The notes: a model not told the origin generated them from the letters alone. A stretch of 64,000 nt of DNA from Verrucomicrobiales bacterium (GCA_005777315.1 SXMN01000316.1:208-64207), one strand, 5' to 3'. Shown: positions 1-10,020, numbered from the stretch's first letter. Program-made: numbers and translations.

Positions 1-178
1 GGCTGGTAGCCGCACGGCACAGGCAGGTTGCCTGTGCTACCCCAGCGGCGGCATCGGCCGCCGCTTCGGAATTCGGGATTAACTGAAAGCACGCGCGTTC
101 AACTGACCGGCCAGCGCGCTGGAGGGCAGATTCAAATCCGGACCACCGGAGGAGCAGTAAGGCCCAGCTTTTTTGGAA

Positions 179-1111
179 TTACTCTCTTGGAAACGGAAAC
201 AGCCGTTGCAGCTCGGCACGGTCTGGTTGAGAACCGTACTCGCAGAGTTCAAACGCCTCGATGTGCTGGATCTTAGGCGCGCGTGAGGGGTACCAGTCAG
301 TGACCTTGGCCTTGAATCGCGTGGCAAGCCCTGCATTCCGGCGTGCAAAATTCTCACGCACCTGACGGTCACGCGCGGTGCGTTTGCCAGCATCGTTTGC
401 TGGATACAACTCCGCCGTGCCATTGGCGCCTCCTTCCTGGAACTGTGAAACCATCATTGCCAGCGCGTCCACCTTCCTGGTGATGACGGAGTCGATATCG
501 ACGACAATGTCCGGCTGAAAGGGGTTCGGTTTCTTGAAGGAGTCCGGATAATAGAAGAACGCTGGATTCTTCCGAAGGATCGGTGTGTCCGGGCAGAAGA
601 ATGGAACCGTGACCATGTAGGCGGCGTCCTGCACCAGCACGCCGCTGTATCGATGATCAGGATGATAATCGTTCGGACGGTGACTCATCACAACGTCGGC
701 TTTCCATTCGCGGATCAGTTGCGTGATGGTCCGGCGATTTTCCAACGTCGGCAACAGTTCGCCGTCATGCACATCCATGATGTACCCTTGAATGCCGAGA
801 TGTTTGTGAGCGGCATTGACTTCCTTTTTCCGGCGCACCGCCAGCGGGCCGCCGGCTTCGGCCCAATGGCCAATGTCGCCATTTGTCACGGAAACAAACA
901 AAACGTGATGGCCTTGAGCTGCCCAAAGCGCGCCCGTGCCGCCCGCCTGGAGTTCGCAGTCATCCGGATGAGCGCCAAAACAGATGATCCGAAGTTTGCC
1001 GTCATCCGGTGGAGTGGTGACGAGATTGGCGCGCGCAGCAATGCAGGCTGTCAGCGTGAGTAACAGCGCAAAGAGGGCGCGTGGCGATAGGTTTGGGCTG
1101 GTCAGTTTCAT
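179..1111 (-). CDS. PIG-L/LmbE family deacetylase, secreted
   Basis: ORF 179..1150. The motif FGAHPDDCELQAGG...SVTNGDIGH is typical of LmbE/PIG-L zinc deacetylases. An internal Met opens a signal peptide (MKLTSPNLSPRALFALLLTLTACIAARA), so the start is set to 1111. Confidence 0.8.
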   Translation of the reverse strand: MKLTSPNLSPRALFALLLTLTACIAARANLVTTPPDDGKLRIICFGAHPDDCELQAGGTGALWAAQGHHVLFVSVTNGDIGHWAEAGGPLAVRRKKEVNAAHKHLGIQGYIMDVHDGELLPTLENRRTITQLIREWKADVVMSHRPNDYHPDHRYSGVLVQDAAYMVTVPFFCPDTPILRKNPAFFYYPDSFKKPNPFQPDIVVDIDSVITRKVDALAMMVSQFQEGGANGTAELYPANDAGKRTARDRQVRENFARRNAGLATRFKAKVTDWYPSRAPKIQHIEAFELCEYGSQPDRAELQRLFPFPRE

Positions 1112-1280
1112 ACGTGTTTCCGATTGAGTGGTGGGTTGCCGTGGAATCAAGACGGGATTCGCCTTGATTTGGCAATACGGAATTCAATCCAGATTTCAAA
1201 TCTCCCGGATGCAGGATTGAATTTTGTTTCGATATCGCGGATCACACAACGAGTCCTTCGCCGAGCGGGGGCAACTTCCT

Positions 1281-4200
1281 ATGTTACACAAGCCAGTGAT
1301 GAGCCCAGCACCGGGTGAACGCATGGTGCGCTTTGTCGGAGACAAGCTCCATTTCACTCTTCAAGGCGGCCATGGCCACCCGCTCCCGCCAGGCGTCAAC
1401 GCGAGGCTGCGAACCAATCTTGGCCGCGCCGCCACGATACGGCGGGAAGTCATCGAGTCCTACGCGGGACGAATCCCTCTCGCAGGAGCGTCGTGGCGGG
1501 ACATTCCATTCGACCACACCAATGACGGCTGGGTGATTGATCTGGCACTGACGGAGGTTGGCTTCTTCTGGGCGAAAGCCTATGCAATCGACGCGGAGGG
1601 CCGCCAGTACTGGCCGGACGGGGCGGACGTTGGAATCAGTGTTCATCCATGCGCTTATCGCACCGCAAACACGATCTACTGCGCGTTTCCACGAATGTTC
1701 GGTGCCGGCAAATCCGCGACAACGACTTCGATCCATGCGCTGAACGACCAGCTCGCGCCTCTTGATCAGCAAGGTTTCAGCGTCATCCCGCCCTCCGGAA
1801 AGCTGCGCGATCTCATCCGGCAACTGCCGCACATCATCGATACCCTCGGCTGCCGAATCCTGCATTTGCTGCCGGTGAATCCGACTCCAACCACGTACGC
1901 GCGTTTCGGTCGTTATGGAAGCCCTTACGCCGCCGGTGACCTCACTGCCATCGATCTTGCGTTGGTCGAGTTTGATCGGCGTACCACGGGAGTGGACCAG
2001 TTTCGCGAGTTGACCTACGAGACTCACTTGCGAAGAGGCCGGGTGTTCCTGGACATCGTCATCAATCACACGGGCTGGGGTTCGCGTCAGCAGGAGGAAC
2101 ATCCGGAATGGTTTGTCCGCGATCACACCGGGACATTCGTAAGCCCCGGTGCCTGGGGCAATACGTGGGAGGATCTGGTTGAGCTCAACCACGGCAATCC
2201 TGCGTCATGGGACGCGCTCGCTGAAATGTTCCTCGTCTGGTGCCGGCGCGGGGTGGATGGATTCCGTTGCGACGCGGGATACAAGGTGCCGATGCACGCC
2301 TGGCGCTACATCACCGCGCGTGTTCGCGAGGAATTCCCGGATGCGGTCTTCCTCCTCGAAGGACTGGGAGGCTCCTGGGCCGCCACGGAAAGTTTGCTGA
2401 CGGAAGGTGGAATGCAGTGGGCTTACTCGGAATTGTTCCAGAATTACTCCGGCGGCGAGGTTGCCTGGTACCTGGATTATGCGCTCGAACAGAACCGGCG
2501 CGTCGGACTCTACGCGCATTACAGCGAGACGCACGACAACAACCGGCTCGCGCAGCGGGGACGTGTTTGGTCACTGTTACGCAACCGTCTGTCCGCGCTC
2601 ACCAGCGCCAGTGGCGCGTACGGTTTCACCTGCGGTGTCGAATGGCTGGCTGCCGAGAAGATCAGCGTTCATGGCAACAGCGGGATGGCGTGGGGAAATC
2701 CAGAGAACATCGTTCCTGAAATCGCCGCGCTCAATCGATTGCTCGCGGAGCATCCGTGTTTTTTTGACGACGCGAAGGTCACTCGACTGAGCGCGAAGGA
2801 TTCGGCCGCTTACGCGCTCCTTCGAGAATCGCAGGAAGGCCTCGACCGCGTTCTGGTTTTGGTGAACACGGACTCTGAAAGCGCGCAACAGTTCAGGCTG
2901 GCCGGCGAAGCCCTGCGCGGTTCTGGCATCTTGAAAGTGGATCTGCTTGGCCAGGCGCTGCCGCGAATCGAATCGATGGATGGCGGGTTGTTTTTATTTC
3001 ACCTTCCGGCCGGTGCCACGTTTTGCCTGGCTGAAACACGTGAGCCGCGCGGTCTGCATGGGCACAAGTATCGCCAGGCGCGCGCCTGCGCCAGCTTCGG
3101 CTTTCGGGCGCTGGCGAATGTATTTCAGGTGGAGCAACTGGGGAATTTCGACTGGCGCGGGCTTGCGGAACTCGTGACGAAAGATCCTTGCGCCTTTCTC
3201 GGAGCACTGCGGCATCTGCCTGGGCAGATCGCAAATTCAAATATCGCCGCCGCGACCCAGCAGGTGGCGGGTCGTGTGCGATTTCCACACGTGATTGTCT
3301 GGCGCCCCTCGGATGCGCGTCGAGTAACGATGGTTCCGCCGGGTCATTGGCTCCTGGTGGAGGACTCGGATCGATTTCGCGTGGCGTTGCACGTGCCAGG
3401 GCGTCCGCTCGCAATTCGCGAAGAGTCCATCGGAACACAGTCCTGCCATGCAGCCTGTTTTCCGCCTGCCTCGTTCAATGGCATGGTGTCGCTAGAGATG
3501 GAACGTTATGGGTCAGGCCCGCAACAGTTGAATGCCGGGATCCAATTCCTCCCATCAATCGAGCCGGTATCCTGTGATGGCGAGCTGCAACATCCGGAGG
3601 CGCCTGTGGATCAAGCAAGGATCAACGCGGGAATTGTGCTTCTGACCAACGGCCGGGGTGGCATGGCACGAATCGGCGTCAACCTTGGACAGATCCAGTC
3701 GAAATACGATTGCGTGCTGGGCGCCAATCTTCACGCATCGGTGCCGGTCGATCGCCACATCCTGGTCAAGCGAGTGCGGATGTGGAGCGTGGCGGACGGT
3801 TTTATCACTCCGCTGGATGAACAGAATCTCATCGAGTTTCAAGCCGGCCCTCCGGCCCGCTGGCGATTTGTCGCAAACGCGGGGGATGGCCGCACCGTCG
3901 AGATCCACCTTGAAGCCGACATGATGGAAGATCGAAACACGACGGTACTTCGCTTGCATCGCCCTCCCACCGCGCCATCGCTCGGACGCGATTTGCCGGA
4001 AGACCGCTCAGTCCGGCTTACCGTGCGTGTCGATATCGAAGATCGAAATTTCCATTGGGAAACCAAACGCAATGAGGGAGCGGACCACCACTTTGCGACG
4101 AGCGTTCGGGATCTGCAGGGTCGCGCGGGATTCGAGTTCAATCCCGCGCCGGACCGTCGTTTGTGCGTGACCGCGGATGTCGGCCGGTATCACCACGAGG

Positions 4201-5651
4201 CGGAGTGGTGCGAGAACATTGGTCATCCTGTCGAGGGTTCGCGCGGTCAGACCAGCAGCGGCGATGCTTACAGCCCCGGCTGGTTTAATCTCCCAATCTC
4301 GCGAGAGAAACCCGTGACGATGGTGCTTTGCGCGGATTCCCAGGAGCCGACTGCCGGGGAGCTGGCGTTGTTCGATGCGAATAGACGGGCAATGGTGGCG
4401 CTGTCTGTGTCTCGCGCCGGACTGAGCGAAAACGATCGATTCGGGCAGCGGCTCGCGGCGGCCTTGCAGGCCTTTGTCGTCCGGCGCGATTCGGGAAAGA
4501 CAGTCATCGCAGGTTATCCGTGGTTTCTGGATTGGGGACGCGATTCGCTGATCAGCGCGCGCGGCCTGCTGGCGGCGGGGATGATTGAAGAGGTACGGCA
4601 GCTTCTGCTGACATTTGGAAAATTTGAGAAAGATGGAACTCTGCCGAACAGCATCCACGGTGAGGACGCGTCGAACCGCGATACTACGGACGCGTCGCTC
4701 TGGTTTGGAATCGTCTGCGAAGATTTTGTTGAGTTGACGCGTGAATCACTCGACTCGGTCAAAGTTGGCGCTGTTGGGCGAACGCTGGTCGATGTTCTGG
4801 TTGGGATCGCCGAAGGTTATCTCCGCGGAACGCCGAATGGCATCCGTGTGGATGCGGCAAGTGGTCTGGTATGGAGCCCGAGCCATTTTACCTGGATGGA
4901 CACAAATTATCCGGCCGGAACGCCCCGAACCGGCTACCCGATCGAGATTCAAGTTCTGTGGATTCGACTCCTCCGGCAGTTGGCAAATCTGGGAGTGTCG
5001 CGAGTTGGTGTGTCCTGGCGCGAGCTTGAGGAACTGGCGATGCGCTCGCTGGTTGAACATTTCTGGATGGAGGACAAAGGCTACCTGTCGGACGTGCTAC
5101 TGTCAGAGAACGGTGAGCCTGCCTCCCGTGCGCTGCGTGACGACGCGTTGCGCAGCAACGGACTGTTTGCCGTGAGCCTTGGGCTTCTTTCAGGAGAACG
5201 GGCGCGGCGGCTCGTTGAGGTCTCGCTTCGCCACCTCGTGGTCCCGGGCGCACTTCGCACACTTGCACCTCTGCCTGTTGCCGTGCCGTTGCCGATCCGG
5301 GGCGCGCACGGATTGCTCAACGATCCAGGCAATCCCTACTGGGGCCATTACGAGGGCGATGAAGACACCCGCCGCAAGCCGGCGTATCACAATGGCACCG
5401 CGTGGACCTGGACATTCCCGAGCTGCTGTGAAGCGCTGGCCAGGGCATGGGATCGACATCCAGACGCGCTCGCCGTTGCCAAATCTTATCTTCGGAGCAT
5501 GGAACTGTTATTGGATTCCGGCTGTATCGGGCATCTGCCTGAGATTGTCGATGGAGACGCACCACACACACAGCGCGGTTGCGACGCTCAGGCGTGGAGC
5601 GTCGCCGAGGCGTTGCGTGTTTGGAAACTTCTCAACCGGACCGCGCAATAG
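1281..5651 (+). CDS. GH13 alpha-amylase-family catalytic domain fused to an amylo-alpha-1,6-glucosidase (glycogen-debranching type) domain
   Basis: 1475-aa ORF with first ATG at 1281. GH13 signatures DIVINHTG, GFRCDAGYKVP, LLEGLGG and YSETHDN lie in the N-half. The C-half has GYPWFLDWGRDSLISARGLL and DAQAWSVAE, typical of the GDE_C six-hairpin glucosidase domain. Confidence 0.8.
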   Translation: MLHKPVMSPAPGERMVRFVGDKLHFTLQGGHGHPLPPGVNARLRTNLGRAATIRREVIESYAGRIPLAGASWRDIPFDHTNDGWVIDLALTEVGFFWAKAYAIDAEGRQYWPDGADVGISVHPCAYRTANTIYCAFPRMFGAGKSATTTSIHALNDQLAPLDQQGFSVIPPSGKLRDLIRQLPHIIDTLGCRILHLLPVNPTPTTYARFGRYGSPYAAGDLTAIDLALVEFDRRTTGVDQFRELTYETHLRRGRVFLDIVINHTGWGSRQQEEHPEWFVRDHTGTFVSPGAWGNTWEDLVELNHGNPASWDALAEMFLVWCRRGVDGFRCDAGYKVPMHAWRYITARVREEFPDAVFLLEGLGGSWAATESLLTEGGMQWAYSELFQNYSGGEVAWYLDYALEQNRRVGLYAHYSETHDNNRLAQRGRVWSLLRNRLSALTSASGAYGFTCGVEWLAAEKISVHGNSGMAWGNPENIVPEIAALNRLLAEHPCFFDDAKVTRLSAKDSAAYALLRESQEGLDRVLVLVNTDSESAQQFRLAGEALRGSGILKVDLLGQALPRIESMDGGLFLFHLPAGATFCLAETREPRGLHGHKYRQARACASFGFRALANVFQVEQLGNFDWRGLAELVTKDPCAFLGALRHLPGQIANSNIAAATQQVAGRVRFPHVIVWRPSDARRVTMVPPGHWLLVEDSDRFRVALHVPGRPLAIREESIGTQSCHAACFPPASFNGMVSLEMERYGSGPQQLNAGIQFLPSIEPVSCDGELQHPEAPVDQARINAGIVLLTNGRGGMARIGVNLGQIQSKYDCVLGANLHASVPVDRHILVKRVRMWSVADGFITPLDEQNLIEFQAGPPARWRFVANAGDGRTVEIHLEADMMEDRNTTVLRLHRPPTAPSLGRDLPEDRSVRLTVRVDIEDRNFHWETKRNEGADHHFATSVRDLQGRAGFEFNPAPDRRLCVTADVGRYHHEAEWCENIGHPVEGSRGQTSSGDAYSPGWFNLPISREKPVTMVLCADSQEPTAGELALFDANRRAMVALSVSRAGLSENDRFGQRLAAALQAFVVRRDSGKTVIAGYPWFLDWGRDSLISARGLLAAGMIEEVRQLLLTFGKFEKDGTLPNSIHGEDASNRDTTDASLWFGIVCEDFVELTRESLDSVKVGAVGRTLVDVLVGIAEGYLRGTPNGIRVDAASGLVWSPSHFTWMDTNYPAGTPRTGYPIEIQVLWIRLLRQLANLGVSRVGVSWRELEELAMRSLVEHFWMEDKGYLSDVLLSENGEPASRALRDDALRSNGLFAVSLGLLSGERARRLVEVSLRHLVVPGALRTLAPLPVAVPLPIRGAHGLLNDPGNPYWGHYEGDEDTRRKPAYHNGTAWTWTFPSCCEALARAWDRHPDALAVAKSYLRSMELLLDSGCIGHLPEIVDGDAPHTQRGCDAQAWSVAEALRVWKLLNRTAQ

Positions 5652-5705
5652 TCAGTGCTGGCTGGCCTTGAATCATTCCGGCTTTGCTTTCTTTTCAGCC
5701 GTCGC

Positions 5706-6170
5706 TCAGCGCGAGAGACATCTGAACTGGCGCCAACGATAGCCAATAATCACCACGCAAAAGCCCAGGGCGCACAGGTAAAACCCGTAATCGTCATGGA
5801 CCGGAATCAAGAGACCTTCCGCGAAAATATCCGCGGCAACCGAGGCGTGAAATAGTTTGTCCCATGCATTGACGAAATACGAACGCTTGTTGGCCACCAC
5901 CAGAAGCGTCGCCGACAATACGGTCACGACCAGCGTGCTCGCGATGATCGCCGGACGATCCAGATGCATCCAAAGATGAAACGTCGCGAGGTAAATAATT
6001 CCGAGCGCGAGAGTCCAGCCGTGTGACATGTATTTTCCGATCTTGGATCTTATGTGATGAAGCCGCGGCGGTTCCACAGGAACCAATGTCCTTTTTTCAC
6101 CTGAAGGCGTCATGGGTTGGAAATCCTGGATTTGAATTCTTTTGACAAGGCTACGGACCATCTCATCCAT
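5706..6170 (-). CDS. small integral membrane protein, unknown function
   Basis: 154-aa ORF with 3-4 hydrophobic helices (LALGIIYLATFHLWM, IIASTLVVTVLSATLLVV, FYLCALGFCVVIIGY). It is divergent from the MFS gene. No recognisable family. Confidence 0.4.
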   Translation of the reverse strand: MDEMVRSLVKRIQIQDFQPMTPSGEKRTLVPVEPPRLHHIRSKIGKYMSHGWTLALGIIYLATFHLWMHLDRPAIIASTLVVTVLSATLLVVANKRSYFVNAWDKLFHASVAADIFAEGLLIPVHDDYGFYLCALGFCVVIIGYRWRQFRCLSR

Positions 6171-6205
6171 GTCACGTTCGCAAAGCTTGTATTTTTCATT
6201 CGCCC

Positions 6206-7429
6206 GTGTGTCCTGTGGGGGTGAAGTCCGCTGGCCGCTGGAAAAATTATATCGAACTCACCACCTTGTTCTTCCTTTATGGGATGGCACTGGGAATGTG
6301 GTGGGTGCCGCTGACGACCATCCTCGGCGTCCAAGGATTTGAAGAGATCCGCCCTTATGCCTTTGCCACGTCGGGTCTTGCCGCGCTCGTTTCGCCGTTG
6401 ATACTGGGTGCCCTTGCGGATCGGCATGTCGGCCCGGTACGTGTTTTGGGCTGGGTCACCCTGGCCGCCGCGACGCTCACGGCGCTCACTTCCTGGGGTA
6501 TTCAACAGCGATGGAATCCCTGGCTCGTGCTTGTCCTGATCCAGGGCCTGACCTTGTTTCTAGCGCCAGCATCGAGCATCTCCACGACGATCGTGCTTGC
6601 GCGTCTGGCAGACGCCAGACGCGAGTTCGGCCCCATCCGCTCCGTGGCCACGGTGGGATGGATGACGGGATGCTGGCTTATCAGCGCGCTGAACGCCGAC
6701 TCCTCTCCGGTTGCCGGGTATGTGGGTGCAGCGGTGTGGCTGGCATTGGCCGCGTTCACGAAGGTTCTGCCCCACGTGACACCGCCCAAATCAATCGAGC
6801 AACTGACGCTCAAACAACGGCTCGGCCTGGACGCGCTTTCGCTGCTCAAAAACCATGATCATCGCGTCATTTTCATCACTGCGGCGCTCATCAGTATTCC
6901 ATTGGCGGCGTTTTATCCGTTCACTCCGCCGCACCTGCTCGAACTTGGATTGGAGCGGACGAGCGCCTGGATGACACTCGGCCAGGTGACCGAGATTGTT
7001 GCAATGCTCGGCCTCTCGACACTCCTGCTTCGGTGGCGGTTGAAATGGATCTTCATGCTGGGGATCGGGTTTGCGGTGCTGCGATATGTGTTCTGCGCGA
7101 TGAACGGCACGGGTTGGGTGTTGACCGGCGTGACACTGCATGGGTTCGCCTTCACGCTATTCTTTGTCACGGTGCCGATCTACCTCAACGAACGCATTGA
7201 CGCCGCGTGGCGGGCGCGAGCGCAGGCTTTGTTCACCCTGATGACGAGTGGTGTGGGCAACCTCATCGGGTACCTTGGCACCGGCTGGTGGTTCAATTTC
7301 TGCGCCCGACCGGGAGGAACCCGATGGCCGCTATTTTGGGGCGGATTATCCGCCGCAGTGGCCGTGGTGATGATCTACTTCCTCATCGCGTATCATGGGA
7401 GGGGCAAGCAACCGGCGGTCAAACAGTGA
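6206..7429 (+). CDS. MFS-type transporter (about 12 TM)
   Basis: 407-aa ORF (GTG start) that is hydrophobic throughout, with two 6-helix halves and a central loop (PPKSIEQLTLKQRLG). It looks like the nucleoside/H+ symporter-like MFS branch, but the substrate cannot be told. Confidence 0.7.
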   Translation: MCPVGVKSAGRWKNYIELTTLFFLYGMALGMWWVPLTTILGVQGFEEIRPYAFATSGLAALVSPLILGALADRHVGPVRVLGWVTLAAATLTALTSWGIQQRWNPWLVLVLIQGLTLFLAPASSISTTIVLARLADARREFGPIRSVATVGWMTGCWLISALNADSSPVAGYVGAAVWLALAAFTKVLPHVTPPKSIEQLTLKQRLGLDALSLLKNHDHRVIFITAALISIPLAAFYPFTPPHLLELGLERTSAWMTLGQVTEIVAMLGLSTLLLRWRLKWIFMLGIGFAVLRYVFCAMNGTGWVLTGVTLHGFAFTLFFVTVPIYLNERIDAAWRARAQALFTLMTSGVGNLIGYLGTGWWFNFCARPGGTRWPLFWGGLSAAVAVVMIYFLIAYHGRGKQPAVKQ

Positions 7430-7713
7430 TCCTTGAATAAGCGGTTGGAACCACCAAACAAACGAAAAAAGAAATACGTGAAACCAACAGATCTCTCGTT
7501 CGTTGAGTGAGAAGTGCGGTTTTCCCAAGAGGTTTTGCTTTCGTGTGTTTCGAGGTTCTCGTGGTTGGAATTACCATTTTCGAGATCAAGGCTTCCAGCT
7601 CGGGCGCGGCATTCGATATTGGGAAGCGTGTGGTGAGGGCGTACTGCAACGAAGCTTATCTACATTTTATTTCGGGGGTGCGATTAAAAGCGGGTGAGAC
7701 TGCGCCTGGGAGC

Positions 7714-7789
7714 GCTGGCATCCTTGCCGGCGATTTCCCTCTCCGGGCACCCTTCCGCACTCGCTGCGCGCGCCGGCAGGGATGCCGGC
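7714..7789 (+). repeat. REP-like GC-rich hairpin (19-bp stem, 38-nt loop)
   Basis: GCTGGCATCCTTGCCGGCG (7714-7732) pairs with CGCCGGCAGGGATGCCGGC (7771-7789). There are 17 Watson-Crick pairs plus 2 G.U pairs that work only on the + strand. It lies between convergent genes. Confidence 0.5.
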
Positions 7790-7838
7790 GTTCCCAGGTC
7801 GGACCGGGTTCATCCCTCACCCATTTTTAATCACACCC

Positions 7839-9578
7839 TTATTTCGGCCTCGCCGACAACTCCCGCCTTATCTGGTCCAGCATGTCGCGAGCGATCTCGT
7901 CCCTGGGATTCAACTGAAGGGCGATTTCGAACTGCTGCGCGGCGCCTGCGAGATTGCCCAGTTCCACCAGTACCAGGCCCAGATTGCCACGGGCGCGGGC
8001 GTGCTTGGGGTTGATTCCCAGTACCTTCTCGAACTCGATCCGCGCCGCGCCTGGCTGCTTGCTTGCTCGCAATGCCAGGCCGACGAAGTAATGAGCCTCA
8101 TCCAGTTTAGGATCGATTTGCAGCGCCTGCTTCAAGCGTTCGATGCCCTCGATCTCCTTGCCCGACATGACGAGAGACGATCCGATCTCCAACAGCGCCT
8201 TGGCGTCCCGAGGATTCTGCCGCAGCATCATCTCGCCGTACAGGATGCTGTCCCTGATGTAGCGCGGCTGCAATGCGTACTGCAATTGAGAGAATTCCTC
8301 CCGGCTCTTCATCACCGTGAGCAGCCACAACTCCCCCATCTCATCGGTTGTTTGCATTCCATACCGGACGGTTTGAGGCGGGTGGTTCGGGTTTCGTACG
8401 TTGTTCGTCGAGTTGTCATACGTGTACTCCATCACCAGCTTGGTGCCCTTGGGTAATGAAAGCGGCGTCAGAAACTGGTAGTCGCCCTGCCAGTTGAAAT
8501 CCCAGTCGCGAATCGACATGAGCCACCGCCGGGAACCGTCCGGCAGTTCAGCATAGCCCTTCATCTCCCGACACAGATAATGCGCGTGAGGCAACACACC
8601 ACGAATCTCCACATCAACAGGGAGAACAACTGAATCACTGGCGACGTAATTCGTGACTCCGGCAGGAATCTCGATCGAATAGGAATTGAGCGGTAGCTTG
8701 AAGGCAATCGCCGTGCCCGGCTGATCGGTGAAGTAGAAGGCAAGCTCAGGCGCGATCATTTCCTCCTTTCCGATGGCCTGCAAGTGGAGCTGAAGAACCA
8801 GCACCGTGTTCGTCTCCAGCGGCCATGCCAGATCCGGCTGATAAAATCGCGGTGTCTTCCCCGGCTGCCAGCTCGCGAAAGTGATCGGGCTTTCCGCCGT
8901 CTTCGGAGTATGCAGGCCGTAGAAGCCGGGTTTTCCATCCTTTCCATCCAGGGCAATGACCTCCCCCGTCTTGTCAAAGCGCAGAAACGCGTGATGCACC
9001 GCGCGGCTGTTCGGCCGGAACTCCAGGCCGCGCACATGGCGCCGTGCGCCGACCGGAATGCGAACCGTGAGATTGCGATAGACGTCGCGGCTTTCGGCCG
9101 GCAATGGGAAGGCTCTCTCCGGACGGACCACCAAGTCCGGCTCGCCAAGCCGCCACTTCTCACTCCACTTTGGCAACGATGGCAGATCTTCCGCCTTTCC
9201 CTCCGCTCCACCCTCCTCAGCCCATTGCTTGATCAGACCCAGTTGCTCGACGCTGAGACGCCTCTCCCCCTCGAAATGAACCAGCTCCGGGTCCGGCAGC
9301 CATGGAGGCATGTAGCGCCGCTGCGTAACCTTCACAATTTGTTCCGCCCGCTTCCGCACGTCACCGTATGCCAGCAGATCAAATGGAGCCGACTCGCCCG
9401 GATGATGGCAGGGCGAGCAATTTTGGAAGACGATCGGAGCAATCTCCTTGTTGAAGGTGATCGTGCCCTTCGGACGCGGGACGTAAACATCCGAAGCCGC
9501 CGCGTCACGCTGGCGGCAGCCGAAGAGCGCGAGCCCGGCCAGGACGAAGACAACGGGCATGAGGACGCGAATGTTCAT
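7839..9578 (-). CDS. lipoprotein with CxxCH heme motif, copper type II (DBH/PHM-like) monooxygenase-like core and C-terminal TPR repeats
   Basis: ORF 7839..9620. An internal Met gives the lipobox signal MNIRVLMPVVFVLAGLALFGC. It carries a CSPCH heme-c motif, His clusters HHAFLRF and HAHYLCREM as in Cu monooxygenases, and a C-terminal TPR region (ALLEIGSSLVMSGKEIEGIERLKQALQIDPKLDEAHYFVGLAL...). Confidence 0.6.
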   Translation of the reverse strand: MNIRVLMPVVFVLAGLALFGCRQRDAAASDVYVPRPKGTITFNKEIAPIVFQNCSPCHHPGESAPFDLLAYGDVRKRAEQIVKVTQRRYMPPWLPDPELVHFEGERRLSVEQLGLIKQWAEEGGAEGKAEDLPSLPKWSEKWRLGEPDLVVRPERAFPLPAESRDVYRNLTVRIPVGARRHVRGLEFRPNSRAVHHAFLRFDKTGEVIALDGKDGKPGFYGLHTPKTAESPITFASWQPGKTPRFYQPDLAWPLETNTVLVLQLHLQAIGKEEMIAPELAFYFTDQPGTAIAFKLPLNSYSIEIPAGVTNYVASDSVVLPVDVEIRGVLPHAHYLCREMKGYAELPDGSRRWLMSIRDWDFNWQGDYQFLTPLSLPKGTKLVMEYTYDNSTNNVRNPNHPPQTVRYGMQTTDEMGELWLLTVMKSREEFSQLQYALQPRYIRDSILYGEMMLRQNPRDAKALLEIGSSLVMSGKEIEGIERLKQALQIDPKLDEAHYFVGLALRASKQPGAARIEFEKVLGINPKHARARGNLGLVLVELGNLAGAAQQFEIALQLNPRDEIARDMLDQIRRELSARPK

Positions 9579-9636
9579 TGCGCGGAGAATAGCCATTCGG
9601 AGAGGGAGCGCAACGCGCACGGATGCACTGACGAAC

Positions 9637-10020
9637 TTACTTCTTACCTTTCGCCGCCCATCTTTCCAGGTTCTCCTTCACACGAAACTTCACGATCTTC
9701 GTGACGAGAGCGAATGGAATTGGCTTGTCCAAAGGAAACTGCACCGAGCCTTTTGCTCCCTGATACGCGGACAGCTCACTCTTGAATTCCGTGTGCCCGC
9801 TTGGCGTGGCGTAAAACCCGATGTGGTGCTTGAACGCGCCGAAATGCACCAGATTCCCCTTCAGCACGAAGGTCGGCAAACCATACTTCACCGCTTCCTC
9901 CGCGCCGGGCGCGGATTTCCTGATGGTCGCCCTCATCTTTTCGAGAATCTCACGAACCTCCTTCGGGGCGCACGAGATGTATTCGTCTATCGTCTTCGGA
10001 ACAGTCTGGCCGGTCTTCAT
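9637..10020 (-). CDS. DUF1801 (YdhG-like) domain protein
   Basis: MKTGQTVPKTIDEYISCAPKEVREILEKMRATIRKSAPGAEEAVKYGLPTFVLKGNLVHFGAFKHHIGFY matches the DUF1801 pattern. The internal Met at 10020 is preferred over the ORF start at 10071. Confidence 0.7.
   Translation of the reverse strand: MKTGQTVPKTIDEYISCAPKEVREILEKMRATIRKSAPGAEEAVKYGLPTFVLKGNLVHFGAFKHHIGFYATPSGHTEFKSELSAYQGAKGSVQFPLDKPIPFALVTKIVKFRVKENLERWAAKGKK

Noticed and set aside
125-170. tRNA-like T-loop sequence (GATTCAAATCC) near the left edge
   Set aside because: The flanking bases cannot form a 5-bp T-stem, and no acceptor or anticodon arms can be drawn, so it is not a tRNA. Two GC-rich hairpins at 17-37 and 44-65 lack U-tracts. 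They lie too close to the window edge to interpret.
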